Positions 9,415 through 19,343 of a stretch of DNA of 64,000 nt are shown here, piece by piece. Source of the DNA: Candidatus Dojkabacteria bacterium. Its GTDB lineage: Bacteria > Patescibacteriota > Dojkabacteria > GCA-002793355. How positions within the stretch are numbered: the first letter of the stretch is position 1; each line of letters starts with the position of its first letter. The notes under the pieces are model-generated. The model was not told where the DNA came from and made no database searches. It saw nothing but the letters and a program-made list of their open reading frames with translations. Position numbers and translations under genes: made by a program. The stretch covers positions 479,007-543,006 of the forward strand of contig CP129470.1 in NCBI GenBank assembly GCA_030583685.1. Direction: 5' to 3'.

Positions 9415-10572
9415 GTGCAAAATTTCATCTTTCATAACCCTACCCGCTATATTTTTGGCGAGGGGCAAATTCAGTTACTTTCTCAGGAAATTTCGAAAAT
9501 AGGAAAGAAGGTGTTTTTGGTGTATGGTTCAGGAAGTATCAAGAAGAATGGTGTGTATGAGCAGGTTCTCGCGCAACTTACAGGCTTTGAAGTAAAAGAA
9601 TTTAGCGGTGTTGAGCCAAACCCTCGGCTTGAAACCTTAGCAAAAGCGCTTCCCCTCATTCGTGAGTTTGCTCCAGACATCATTCTCGCTGTCGGAGGAG
9701 GAAGTGTGATTGATGGGGCAAAATTCCTTGCCGTAGCAGCGTATTTTGATGGCGAGGATTTGTGGGAAATTGTAAAAACGCACGGTGAAGCGGTTACTGG
9801 AAAAGTGATTCCCCTGGGAGTAGTGTTAACCATGTCTGCAACGGCGTCCGAGTTTAATGGCGGTTCGGTTATCACTCGTTGGGCAACACATGAAAAAGAT
9901 TATTTCGAAACGGAGGAAACTCGACCTCGCTTCTCTCTTGTTGATCCTCAGGCACAGTATTCACTTCCTGAAGAGCAGATTATTTATGGAATTATTGACC
10001 CATTTTCACATGTATTGGAACAGTATATTACGCAAACTACCGATTTTGAGGTTCAAGACCGTTTAGCCGAAGCGTTATTACTTTCATTGATTGATCAGGG
10101 GCCGAAGGTACTACGAAATAAACAGGATTACTCCGCTCGTGCAAATCTCGCCTTTGCTGCGTCGCTTGCGCTGAATAATCTTATTGGATCCGGTGTGACG
10201 CAAGATTGGGCAACACATAGTTTGGAGCATGTGGTGAGTGGCTTTTATGATATTCCTCACGCGGCTGGGTTGGCAATAATAACACCACACTGGATGCAGG
10301 TGGTCGGGCTTACCCAAAAGTTTGAGAAAATGGTTCGTTATGGTCGCAATGTGTGGGGTTTAACGGGAACTGATGAAGTAGTCGCAGCAGGTGCTATCAC
10401 GAAAACTTCAGAGTTCTTCTCCTCTCTTGGCGCAAAAATGACCCTTACTGCGTGGAATATTCCACACGAGAGTCTTGAACAATTGGTCAGTGCAGCAGTA
10501 AAGTACGGCAATATAGGGGAAAATGCATTATCCGAGGTGCAAATTCGAGATATTTACACTCGCTGTTACTAA
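9415..10572 (+). CDS. Iron-containing (group III) alcohol dehydrogenase.
   Basis: GGGSVIDGAKF NAD-binding motif. Fe-ADH metal-binding His residues. 385 aa. Confidence 0.85.
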   Translation: MQNFIFHNPTRYIFGEGQIQLLSQEISKIGKKVFLVYGSGSIKKNGVYEQVLAQLTGFEVKEFSGVEPNPRLETLAKALPLIREFAPDIILAVGGGSVIDGAKFLAVAAYFDGEDLWEIVKTHGEAVTGKVIPLGVVLTMSATASEFNGGSVITRWATHEKDYFETEETRPRFSLVDPQAQYSLPEEQIIYGIIDPFSHVLEQYITQTTDFEVQDRLAEALLLSLIDQGPKVLRNKQDYSARANLAFAASLALNNLIGSGVTQDWATHSLEHVVSGFYDIPHAAGLAIITPHWMQVVGLTQKFEKMVRYGRNVWGLTGTDEVVAAGAITKTSEFFSSLGAKMTLTAWNIPHESLEQLVSAAVKYGNIGENALSEVQIRDIYTRCY

Positions 10573-12359
10573 ACGGACTTCGCCAGATATTTGTTCTTAA
10601 CGTTTACAATTTTCCTTAGAACTTTGTCTGGTTGGATGTACTGTTTCCACACTGAGGAAGTAGCAAGAAGGTAAACAATACCCGCAAGTATTCCTGTTAA
10701 TCCAGTAATCAGGACAACTCCTATCACCCGTGAACTATCAAAAAGCAGGTCCGTAATGCGGTAGGTTGTATACCCAACAATGAATGTAGCGATTCCGCCA
10801 AAGAGTGCCGTTTTAATCTGTTGCAAAGGAAGCACAACTTGTTTTGCATAGGCCCATAACTGTGTTTGGCGAGAGAGGAGCCAAAAACTCAAGGCAACTT
10901 CAAGGAACAAGCCGATTGAAATTCCAAAAGCGAGTCCAGCCACCGCTGCAAATGAATTGCCTCGCGTGAAAAACCAGCTCGCAATGAGCTGCCATGTTTC
11001 TAGACTCAGGAGTGAAGATGCAGTAAGCGCCATTATCTTGCTGGCGTGGGAGAAAAAATTGGTAAATAAGATGCTAAAGGTGATATTCGAAATAACACCA
11101 GTCAGGCTGATAAGAAGGGGAATTTTTGTATTGTTAAGTGCGTAAAATGTCCTAATATTGAGTGCTGCCATGGCTTGAAACAGAATGGCCGGCGTGAAAA
11201 AAGCAAGGGTAAAACTGGTCGCAATGGTTGCGGTCCAGTCGAAGCGCCCAGCCCCAAGAATTAATCGAACGATAGGCAATCGAAGCACGATGAATAAGAC
11301 TGCTATGGGAATTGCAACATAACAAAGAAGAACTAACGTCCGCCAGTATAATTTATTGAGTGATTGGTTGTTGTCCTGAGCTCGCTCGTGGGCCCGTTCA
11401 TTGAGACGAGGAAATATAACCTGCAAGAAACTACCGGAAATAAGATCGACTGGTACAAGGTAGAGGGTGCTGGCGTATTTGAATACGGAGAGTGCTCCTG
11501 TTCCCAAAGTAAACCCCCAAAACGTATTAAACATGATGGCAATCTGCTCAACTCCTAAGCCAAAAATCCGAGGGAGAGAAAGCTTTGCAATATCTTTGAC
11601 ATGCTGGTTGATTCCAAATGACCATGAAAAATCCTTTTCGTGAAGCCCCAGAATACCGATGAGCTGAGTAATAAAATGAAGCGCTGTTCCCAGTAATACA
11701 GCGTAACTTAACGCATAGATACCGAAATGTGGCGCAAACTTCACAAATAAAGTGATACCTAAGAGTATGCCGAGGTTATACATGAGTGGTGCAATGGCGG
11801 TACTGATAAATCTCTTGTGTGCCTGTAGATATGCGCCGAAAATACTACTCACTGACAATAACAGTGGCGAAACAAGCATAAGTCGGGACAGGTTCAAAAA
11901 TAGTTCTTGGTAATGTTCCTGATTTTCTTGGGTAAGCGCAGTAGCAAGGTCAAAGACCTTGAGCACTTCTTTGCTGGTAAAAACCCAGGTGGTAATTTGA
12001 GGCATGAAAATATAGATAATTCCGAGCAAAACGATCATCGTTCCAAAGAGGAGCGTAATAACGGTATTGAGTGTTGTATGGAGCACTTCAGGTTGATTCT
12101 TTTTAATAATTCTAATGAATATGGGGACAAGTGCTGCATTAACGGTGCCAACTACAAGCAAGGTAAACACCAAATCGGGTAACGCAAAGGCGGCAAAAAA
12201 GATATCACTTTCTTTACTTGTTGCGAATAACCGTGCGATGAAGTGAATTTTGAGGAACCCAAGAAGTTTACTGATGATTGAAATACTCGTAATAAATACG
12301 GAGATAAAGAGTATTTTGCTTTCCCAACGAATAATTTTTTCTCGCAATCTTCGGAACAT
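10569..12359 (-). CDS. murJ: Lipid II flippase MurJ/MviN.
   Basis: About 14 TM helices. N-terminal SKLLGFLK...DIFFAAFALPDL matches the MurJ signature. Confidence 0.75.
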   Translation of the reverse strand: MFRRLREKIIRWESKILFISVFITSISIISKLLGFLKIHFIARLFATSKESDIFFAAFALPDLVFTLLVVGTVNAALVPIFIRIIKKNQPEVLHTTLNTVITLLFGTMIVLLGIIYIFMPQITTWVFTSKEVLKVFDLATALTQENQEHYQELFLNLSRLMLVSPLLLSVSSIFGAYLQAHKRFISTAIAPLMYNLGILLGITLFVKFAPHFGIYALSYAVLLGTALHFITQLIGILGLHEKDFSWSFGINQHVKDIAKLSLPRIFGLGVEQIAIMFNTFWGFTLGTGALSVFKYASTLYLVPVDLISGSFLQVIFPRLNERAHERAQDNNQSLNKLYWRTLVLLCYVAIPIAVLFIVLRLPIVRLILGAGRFDWTATIATSFTLAFFTPAILFQAMAALNIRTFYALNNTKIPLLISLTGVISNITFSILFTNFFSHASKIMALTASSLLSLETWQLIASWFFTRGNSFAAVAGLAFGISIGLFLEVALSFWLLSRQTQLWAYAKQVVLPLQQIKTALFGGIATFIVGYTTYRITDLLFDSSRVIGVVLITGLTGILAGIVYLLATSSVWKQYIQPDKVLRKIVNVKNKYLAKSV

Positions 12360-12361
12360 TA

Positions 12362-12506
12362 TTCAGACAGTTTCAATATAAGCGTAGAATCCGGAACGGT
12401 GGAAAATCTGCTCAACACATAGGTGAGACCGCCAAAACTAAGAAAACTGGCAAGAAGCAGGATTACGACTGCGGCATAGATGATGATGCGGTCTGGTTTT
12501 TTAGTC
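12362..12506 (-). CDS. Possible small (48 aa) single-TM membrane protein. Its stop overlaps the murJ start (TAATG).
   Basis: Short ORF MTKKPDRIIIYAAVVILLLASFLSF... fits between the nuclease and murJ. Weak support. Confidence 0.25.
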
Positions 12507-12539
12507 ATTACGTTGTCATTATATAGTACTTGCCGATCG

Positions 12540-13169
12540 TTAGTAAGACTGGAAAAGATACAATCGTTCCGAAATTGCCTGTTGTTGAGCTTCATAAAAA
12601 TCTGGCTGGTAGGCGACATTGGGTGGAATGGTCAGCAATTGTGCGAGTCCAAGTCTAATCAATGCATGATTAACAAATATGCCGTCTTCTGTATAGACAT
12701 AGCGAAGCAGTCTTCCATATTTGTCAGTATCCTGAGAATCGGCGAGAAGATAAACGGTTTTGTCTGAAACAAGATATTCGTTGAGTCGTTGCGCCTCCAG
12801 TGCAAAAGGGTCATGGTTTTGAGCCTCTGAGCGATCTATTTCCGGGGTGTCAATGCCGATATAGCGAACTGCTGCCTCGTCTCCATTTGCCCGAGTAACG
12901 CGAATGGTGTCGCCATCAACTATGCGTGTTACAACAACTTTTTCGTACTGTTCGCTGGGAAAAGGTTCTTTTGCGTACTTCACTTGAAACGTTTTTTGCA
13001 ATGTCTCGTATTCACGGACATAAGCGGGCTGTTGTGAAATATCAGGTGGGGCAATATTGCTATTGGCGCTGGAGATCAAGTACACGGCAAAAACAATAAA
13101 AGCCAGAAATTCAAGAATTTTGAGGGGACGAAGCGTAATAAATTTTCCTATTGATATTTCTTGAGACAT
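12540..13169 (-). CDS. Thermonuclease (staphylococcal nuclease, SNase) family protein, membrane-anchored.
   Basis: SNase motifs VVTRIVDGDTIRV, GIDTPE and DKYGRLLRYVY. N-terminal signal-anchor. The start was taken at MSQEIS to avoid overlap with sufS. Confidence 0.7.
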   Translation of the reverse strand: MSQEISIGKFITLRPLKILEFLAFIVFAVYLISSANSNIAPPDISQQPAYVREYETLQKTFQVKYAKEPFPSEQYEKVVVTRIVDGDTIRVTRANGDEAAVRYIGIDTPEIDRSEAQNHDPFALEAQRLNEYLVSDKTVYLLADSQDTDKYGRLLRYVYTEDGIFVNHALIRLGLAQLLTIPPNVAYQPDFYEAQQQAISERLYLFQSY

Positions 13170-14332
13170 GCCCTGAGTTGTTCGATACAAAAGTTAACTT
13201 CTTCTTCTGTCGTGAGAAATGATGCAGAAATGCGAGTTGTTGGTCCATAACCAGCGTCAAGGTGAAGTGGTTCTGCACAATGAAATCCAGCGCGTACAGC
13301 AATTCCCTGTTCGTCAAGAAATGACGCGATGTCGTGAGGATGAATTGTTTTGTGTGAGAAGGAATATATAGGAAGATCGTGTGGTTTGTTGTCTCCAAGA
13401 AGTGAAATGTCTGAGAAATGTGACAGTTTTTGTTGAAGAAGAGACGAGATCTCCTTTTCGGCTTGTTGAATATGGGAGAACCCAAGCTCAGTGATAAAAG
13501 AAAGAGCAGCAGAGAGTCCAATAATGCCAGTCACATGGGGAGTGCCGGCTTCAAACGCTTCCTCCGAAGACTTAAAGGTTGTTTCTGTTGTTGAAACATG
13601 GGTAACACTACCTCCGCCCACTATCATCGGTTTTTGTCCTTGCAGGTACTTTTTCTTGGCAATCAGGACGCCGATTCCCTCTGGTCCATAGAGTTTATGA
13701 CCAGAAAACGCGAGAAAGTCTACCGGAGTTTCTGAAAGATTGAGCGGGATGTGTGCAATAGTTTGCGTTGCATCGAGAACGGTGATGCTCTCATTCTTTT
13801 CTGCGTAATCTGAGATTCGCTTCAATGAAAGTACTTGGCCGGTGACATTTGAGCCATGAGTAATCGCAAGGAGAGCCTTTCGAAGTGTGGGAAGTATGTC
13901 AAAAGAAAAAACTCCATTTTCAGTTTTGAGGAGTTGAATTTTTTTGTGAGGGAGTCGCTTCCAGGGGAGGAAATTTGAGTGGTGTTCAAGTGTTGTTGTG
14001 AGTATTGTGGAGAAATCAAGGTTGCGAACGAGATGTGCAGCAAGGTTAAGGGCTTCGGTTGCACTTTTGGTAAAAATAACAGCGTAGGTTTGTGAACTTG
14101 CGTGAACGAAAGAAAGAATCGCCTGTCTCGTGTTTTCAATCGCTTGCTGTGCCTCGAAACTGAGCGCGTGCGTACTTCTGCCTGGGTTACCTGTCCCTTG
14201 CTCGAGGTGTCGTATCATCGCGTTAATGACGGAACGTGGCTTTGGTGTGGTTGCTGAGTAATCAAAATAGGTTACGGGACGGGAAGCAATGTTGCGAGAA
14301 AAAAGGGGAAATTGTTCTCTCAAAGTATTCAT
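13148..14332 (-). CDS. sufS: Cysteine desulfurase (SufS/NifS class-V aminotransferase).
   Basis: PLP-lysine SGHKLYGPEGIGVL. Active-site VRAGFHCAEPL (the SufS RAGHHCA motif). 394 aa. Confidence 0.85.
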   Translation of the reverse strand: MNTLREQFPLFSRNIASRPVTYFDYSATTPKPRSVINAMIRHLEQGTGNPGRSTHALSFEAQQAIENTRQAILSFVHASSQTYAVIFTKSATEALNLAAHLVRNLDFSTILTTTLEHHSNFLPWKRLPHKKIQLLKTENGVFSFDILPTLRKALLAITHGSNVTGQVLSLKRISDYAEKNESITVLDATQTIAHIPLNLSETPVDFLAFSGHKLYGPEGIGVLIAKKKYLQGQKPMIVGGGSVTHVSTTETTFKSSEEAFEAGTPHVTGIIGLSAALSFITELGFSHIQQAEKEISSLLQQKLSHFSDISLLGDNKPHDLPIYSFSHKTIHPHDIASFLDEQGIAVRAGFHCAEPLHLDAGYGPTTRISASFLTTEEEVNFCIEQLRACLKKYQ

Positions 14333-14382
14333 AAATTGACGAAATTACGGTATAATTTACTCCTTAATTATAGCACGAGAAA

Positions 14383-15063
14383 GTGAGAAAGTATTGGTGG
14401 CTTGTACGACAGCAGGTTCGTCTTTTCTTGAGGAAATTAGTATTGAGCATTCGAGGTGTCTTTTTTGTTCCCACGAGCGCAGCGCTGAAAAGTATTAGAT
14501 ATCGCCAGTTACCAAGTCCTGTTCACTGGGAAAAGGTTGCCGGAGACCGTGAAGTTCAGGTAGAAATTGGCTCAGGACATGGGGAAGTTCTGTTGGCAAA
14601 TGACGCAGCTCGATCAATTCGAATAGGGTATGAAATTAAAAGTAGATTTTTTACTTTGACGTTTCGGAAGATTCGAAGAAGGGACGATGTATTCGTCTAT
14701 CAGGGGAGTGGGTACGAATCCTTGAAACTGCATTATACGAAGGAATCTGTTGATATCGTGTATATTCTTTTTCCTGACCCGTGGCACAAAAAACGACATT
14801 CAAAGCGACGGCCGATAACGAGCACTTTCTTTCAAGACGTCGCACAAAAGTTAAAAAAGAATGGGAAGATTCTTGTGGTGACAGATTGGGTTGAGTACGC
14901 AGATTTTATTGCAAATGAAGCAAAGAACGTGACAAGTATCTACGAGGTGACCGTAAAGCCATATAGTGCCCCAGAATTTGGATTACCGATTACTCATTAT
15001 CACCAAAAGTGGATTCGTCACGGCAGGACATTCACGGCAATTCTCCTTCAGAAAAAAAGATAA
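14383..15063 (+). CDS. trmB: tRNA (guanine-N7)-methyltransferase TrmB. The start codon is uncertain (GTG).
   Basis: VEIGSGHGE SAM motif and FPDPWHKKRHSKRR signature. Confidence 0.8.
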   Translation: MRKYWWLVRQQVRLFLRKLVLSIRGVFFVPTSAALKSIRYRQLPSPVHWEKVAGDREVQVEIGSGHGEVLLANDAARSIRIGYEIKSRFFTLTFRKIRRRDDVFVYQGSGYESLKLHYTKESVDIVYILFPDPWHKKRHSKRRPITSTFFQDVAQKLKKNGKILVVTDWVEYADFIANEAKNVTSIYEVTVKPYSAPEFGLPITHYHQKWIRHGRTFTAILLQKKR

Positions 15064-15090
15064 TCATAAAGTGCGCGGTACAGTTGTTCT

Positions 15091-15912
15091 ATGAGTCAAC
15101 AATTGTTCGTCATCAACGAGGTGCGTTTGTGTACGGAACGTTTTTTCCCTCGGATAAGTTTTATAATAGCCGAATATCTTGGACTAATACAATGTGTCTT
15201 ATGTGATCGATATTCGTCTACCATTTGTGATACATGTGCGGAAAATTTTCTTTACTGCTCGCCGAGCTGCGCAGTGTGTGGAAAATTTTCCGCCAACAAT
15301 CAAACGCATCACAATTGTTTAGAAAATGCGCCATTTTATTCTACCGCTGTCACACTTTTTCACTACACAAAAGAGATTAAAAAATTGTTTATTGAGTATA
15401 AGTATCAACAACATTTTGTGTATCAGAACGTTGTCGCATTGTTGATGAATATTGCTCTCAATAAGCCACCCTTTCCACAGGCACTAGAGATGTTGCGAAC
15501 GAGTCGGTCAGTACTTCTGGTACCTGTTCCCATGACGATAAAAAAACAAGAAGAAAGAGGTTTCTCTGTTCCTTATGAATTATGTGTGATACTTGGAAGA
15601 TTTTTGCAGAAACAAGGTATTTACGTACTTATTGCGCCTTGCTTCTTCATTAAAACAAAAGAAACAATTGCGCAGGCAAGGAAGAAGCGGAATGAACGGT
15701 TACTTGGTGTGTCTCAAGTATTCGCAGTTTCTCACACTGCAGTCCAAATGATTGTGCGTCAGAAACCAGAATCAATTGTCATTGTGGATGACATTATTAC
15801 AACCGGTGCAACAACAACCGCACTGTATGACGTGATGAAACGAGATGTACTGCCACACCTTTCTTTCCCGGTAAAACTGATTCGTTTCGCTTTTGCACAG
15901 CGTTTTCGCTAA
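15091..15912 (+). CDS. comF: ComF-family protein (phosphoribosyltransferase domain, competence-associated).
   Basis: N-terminal Cys4 zinc ribbon (CDTC...CSPSCAVCG). C-terminal PRTase motif IVIVDDIITTGATT. Confidence 0.7.
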   Translation: MSQQLFVINEVRLCTERFFPRISFIIAEYLGLIQCVLCDRYSSTICDTCAENFLYCSPSCAVCGKFSANNQTHHNCLENAPFYSTAVTLFHYTKEIKKLFIEYKYQQHFVYQNVVALLMNIALNKPPFPQALEMLRTSRSVLLVPVPMTIKKQEERGFSVPYELCVILGRFLQKQGIYVLIAPCFFIKTKETIAQARKKRNERLLGVSQVFAVSHTAVQMIVRQKPESIVIVDDIITTGATTTALYDVMKRDVLPHLSFPVKLIRFAFAQRFR

Positions 15913-15915
15913 TTG

Positions 15916-18900
15916 CTATTTTTCAATCGTAACCGAGAGTTTTGTTTTCTCTGGGCCAACATCGCCACTGTACGTTGCCGTTTCTGATAGGCCTTGCGTT
16001 ATGGTAAGTTTCGTGAGTAAGGTCGCTTTCTTCAGCTGCTCTTGGTACTTTTCAACAACAGAAGAAAGCGTGGTATCTTCCGTTCCCAGTGACACTGTCA
16101 CGTGCTGGCCAAGTTCTAATTGTGCCTGTTTTCTTGCTGCTTGAATTGCTCTGGTAATTTCTCGCACCAATCCCTGTTCTGCAAGTTCTGGGGTAATTTT
16201 TATATCTAAACCGACTGAATACTGCTGCTCCTGTTTCACTTTGAGCGAATCGGATTCAGTGAGTGACGCAACAAAGCGAGCTGTTTGAACGTTTAGTTCG
16301 TCTGCAATAAGCGTGTTGTAATCAGTTCCAAGATCATTTTCTGATGTATAAGATACAGAGGAAAGAGGCTGTTTGAGAGGAATACCTTGTTCAACCCGAA
16401 TACTTTGCCCAAGTGATACAATTTTTCTTGTCTTCTCCATAGTTTCAAGTAACTTGATTTCCTCTTGAGTGAGTTCAGAAACTGTTGGAAAGTTCTCCAA
16501 ATGAACAGATTCTTTTTGTTCATCTTCTGGGAGTGCTTTTTTCAGCTCTTGGTGGAGGTATTCAGTAATGAAAGGAATGATTGGCGCAAATGCTTTTGTT
16601 ACTAAAAGTAACACCGCAAACAAGGTATTGAGTGCATCTCCATCACCTGAAACAAAACGGTCTCGGGAGCGTCGAATATACCAAGTTGAGATGTCATCAA
16701 TGAGCGGTTTCAACTCGGCAATCGACTTGGGGATGAGATAGGCGTCAAGATTTTTTTGAACTGACAATATCGCCGACGTTGCTCTTGTTAATACCCAGGT
16801 ATCAAGTAATTGTGATGGTTTCCAGGTCTTGTCGTAGGAGAACCCGTGTTGATTCGCGTAAAGGGTGAAGTACTTAAACGTGTTCATAAGTGGCAACAGA
16901 ATCTCCTTTGCTGGGGCACCAATTGCATCTTCGGATACATTCAAATCTTCTCCAATTGGCAAGACGCTTCCCGCGATGTAGAGTCGGAATGAGTCCCCCC
17001 CATGCTTTTCGATTGTTCCGCGTGGGTCTGGATAATTTCCAAGGCTTTTACTCATCTTTCGACCATCAGTTCCATTGATTGTTCCCGTACAGACGACATT
17101 TTTAAACGCATTCGTTCCAAACAATATGGTTGAAACAACGTGCATGACATTAAACCAAGCGCGAGTTTGCCCAACATATTCGGTGATAAAGTCTCCAGGG
17201 AAATTTTGTTCGAATTTTTCCTTATTCTCAAAGGGATAGTGGAATTGGGCAAAAGGCATCGAAGCAGATTCAAGCCAGCAATCGACCACCTCTGGAACAC
17301 GCTTCATCATTCCTGTCTCACATTCTGAGCAAGAGTAGGTGTGCTCATCAATATATGGACGATGTAAATTAGTCACTTTTTTACCCGACTTTTCTTCGAT
17401 TTCTGCGATTGACCCAAGGACATCGCGGTGATCACATGCGTCACATTCCCAGATAGGGAGCGGAGTTGCCCAATAGCGTGTTCTCGAAATTCCCCAATCA
17501 GGGAAAGTTTTGATAGCGTCTTCAAATCTTCCGTGCTTAATATGCTCAGGAATCCAGTTGATATTCTCATTGTTTTTGTACAGTTGGTCTTTGACTGCTT
17601 GAATGTTGACATACCAAGAATCCTGCGCTTTGTACACGAGTGGGGTGCTACAGCGATAGCAAACGGGGTAGCTATGTGTGATTCGTTCTTCTTTCCAAAG
17701 AAGCCCTCGTTCTTTGAGAGCAGCAGAAATTGTAGGGTCTGCTTGTTTGAAATAGATGCCCGCATAGTCAGTGACTTCGGGGATAAATTTTCCTTCCTCA
17801 TCGATAGTCTCGTGCATTGAAAGGCCGATGGTTTTTCCAAGTGCCGTATCGTCTTCTCCAAATCCTGGAGCCATGTGGATAACGCCTGTTCCATCAGATG
17901 TACTAACGAAATCGGCAGCATAAATACGAAAATCTTTCTCACCGGCAGGGAAATAGGAGAAAAGTGGCGCATAAGTATTTCCCACAAGCTCCTTTCCCAG
18001 GTAGGTGTCTTCGATTCGATACTCTTTTCCTTCGAGAACCTGTTCAATGAGATCTTCTGCGAGAATGAGATACTCACCGTCAACAAGACACGTTGCATAG
18101 GTTGCTTTTTCGTCAACCACAAGGGCTGCGTTTGCAGGGAGTGTCCATGGCGTTGTGGTCCATGCGAGAACTGACACAGGAGGCTTGGTGATTGAGGGCT
18201 CTCCGTGAGGAATTTGGCGTGGTTCCTGGGACAACACGTCTTTAAGCGTGTTCTTTGTCGGAATATGAATATTGTCCCAGGGGATGTCTTCGGGTTTTAC
18301 CCAATTAAGTTCAGAATCCATATCTCCCTCCGTATCGACGACACGTGGTGTTCCCGAAACCTTTACTTTAAAGTGATGTGTTTTAAAAAGGCGCCCTTCA
18401 AAAATATCTATATTAAAGCCGTAATAGGTGAGTTCCGTAACCTCACAATCAATCTCTTCTTTAACTTCCCGTCTGACGGTGTTTTCAAGATTTTTCTCAT
18501 CAACGTCTTCATATTTTCCGCCAACAATTCCCATGACTTGGGCTCGGCCTTCTTTGATTCTGCGGATCATCAGAATTTCGCCTTTCTCGTTTTCAACGAC
18601 AACACCGGCACCAACTCCGGTTTTATAATAGTTCACAGGGAATTTTACGAAGACAGACGGATCTTCTAGCTCCCGGTACGAATTATCCATGGCAATTTCA
18701 AAGTTCGAGAGAGGCGTTCCACAACGAGTGCAGTATAACGAGACACGCTTTCCTTTATAAACCAATTCCTTTTCGTAAAATTGTTTAAAAACCCAGATAA
18801 CTGATTCCATGTAATTGAGGTCCATGGTTCGATACGGTTTACTCATGTCTACCCAGCGTGCGATACGGTCGATGTACCATTCCCACTCACCTGACACATC

Positions 18901-19290
18901 CGAAACATAGGTTTCACAAGCATCAATAAAGGCTTGTATGCCAACTTTATTTTCAATATCTCGGCGGTTTTTTGTATTAAATTGTCGCTCAACTTTTTCT
19001 TCAACGGGAATACCGTGACAATCCCAACCCCATACTCGTTCTACGCGTTTGCCACGCATCGTGTGATAGCGAGGAACAATATCTTTTAACACACTGGCGA
19101 GTAGGTGGCCATAATGGGGAAGTCCCGTCACAAAAGGAGGTCCGTCATAAAAAACAAAATGATTTTTTTCAGGTCGTTGCTCAATTGACTTCTCAAAAAT
19201 TCGATTCTTTTTCCAAGTTTCTAAGATTGGTTGTTCGACATCGTGATAAAACGAGCGAATATTTGGTGGTGAGAAGTGTGTTTTTGCCAT
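15916..19290 (-). CDS. ileS: Isoleucyl-tRNA synthetase with an internal Nudix-like insertion.
   Basis: HIGH motif PHYGHLL. KMSKS. WTTTPWTLPAN CP1 editing-domain signature. 1124 aa. Residues ~220-365 form an extra Nudix-like domain. Confidence 0.95.
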   Translation of the reverse strand: MAKTHFSPPNIRSFYHDVEQPILETWKKNRIFEKSIEQRPEKNHFVFYDGPPFVTGLPHYGHLLASVLKDIVPRYHTMRGKRVERVWGWDCHGIPVEEKVERQFNTKNRRDIENKVGIQAFIDACETYVSDVSGEWEWYIDRIARWVDMSKPYRTMDLNYMESVIWVFKQFYEKELVYKGKRVSLYCTRCGTPLSNFEIAMDNSYRELEDPSVFVKFPVNYYKTGVGAGVVVENEKGEILMIRRIKEGRAQVMGIVGGKYEDVDEKNLENTVRREVKEEIDCEVTELTYYGFNIDIFEGRLFKTHHFKVKVSGTPRVVDTEGDMDSELNWVKPEDIPWDNIHIPTKNTLKDVLSQEPRQIPHGEPSITKPPVSVLAWTTTPWTLPANAALVVDEKATYATCLVDGEYLILAEDLIEQVLEGKEYRIEDTYLGKELVGNTYAPLFSYFPAGEKDFRIYAADFVSTSDGTGVIHMAPGFGEDDTALGKTIGLSMHETIDEEGKFIPEVTDYAGIYFKQADPTISAALKERGLLWKEERITHSYPVCYRCSTPLVYKAQDSWYVNIQAVKDQLYKNNENINWIPEHIKHGRFEDAIKTFPDWGISRTRYWATPLPIWECDACDHRDVLGSIAEIEEKSGKKVTNLHRPYIDEHTYSCSECETGMMKRVPEVVDCWLESASMPFAQFHYPFENKEKFEQNFPGDFITEYVGQTRAWFNVMHVVSTILFGTNAFKNVVCTGTINGTDGRKMSKSLGNYPDPRGTIEKHGGDSFRLYIAGSVLPIGEDLNVSEDAIGAPAKEILLPLMNTFKYFTLYANQHGFSYDKTWKPSQLLDTWVLTRATSAILSVQKNLDAYLIPKSIAELKPLIDDISTWYIRRSRDRFVSGDGDALNTLFAVLLLVTKAFAPIIPFITEYLHQELKKALPEDEQKESVHLENFPTVSELTQEEIKLLETMEKTRKIVSLGQSIRVEQGIPLKQPLSSVSYTSENDLGTDYNTLIADELNVQTARFVASLTESDSLKVKQEQQYSVGLDIKITPELAEQGLVREITRAIQAARKQAQLELGQHVTVSLGTEDTTLSSVVEKYQEQLKKATLLTKLTITQGLSETATYSGDVGPEKTKLSVTIEK

Positions 19291-19343
19291 TGGGGATTAT
19301 AACCTAATTGCGCACATATCGCTAGAATTATGTATAATCAGAT

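Noticed and set aside
17373-18122. Antisense ORFs embedded in conserved genes. Examples are a 249-aa ORF inside ileS, 144 aa inside dnaG (3006-3440), 147 aa inside ftsK (7460-7903), 180 aa inside the FN3 gene (24490-25032) and 176 aa inside murE (56578-57108).
   Set aside because: Each lies entirely within a strongly supported conserved gene on the opposite strand and has low-complexity or Ser/Cys-rich composition. Considered non-coding frame artefacts.
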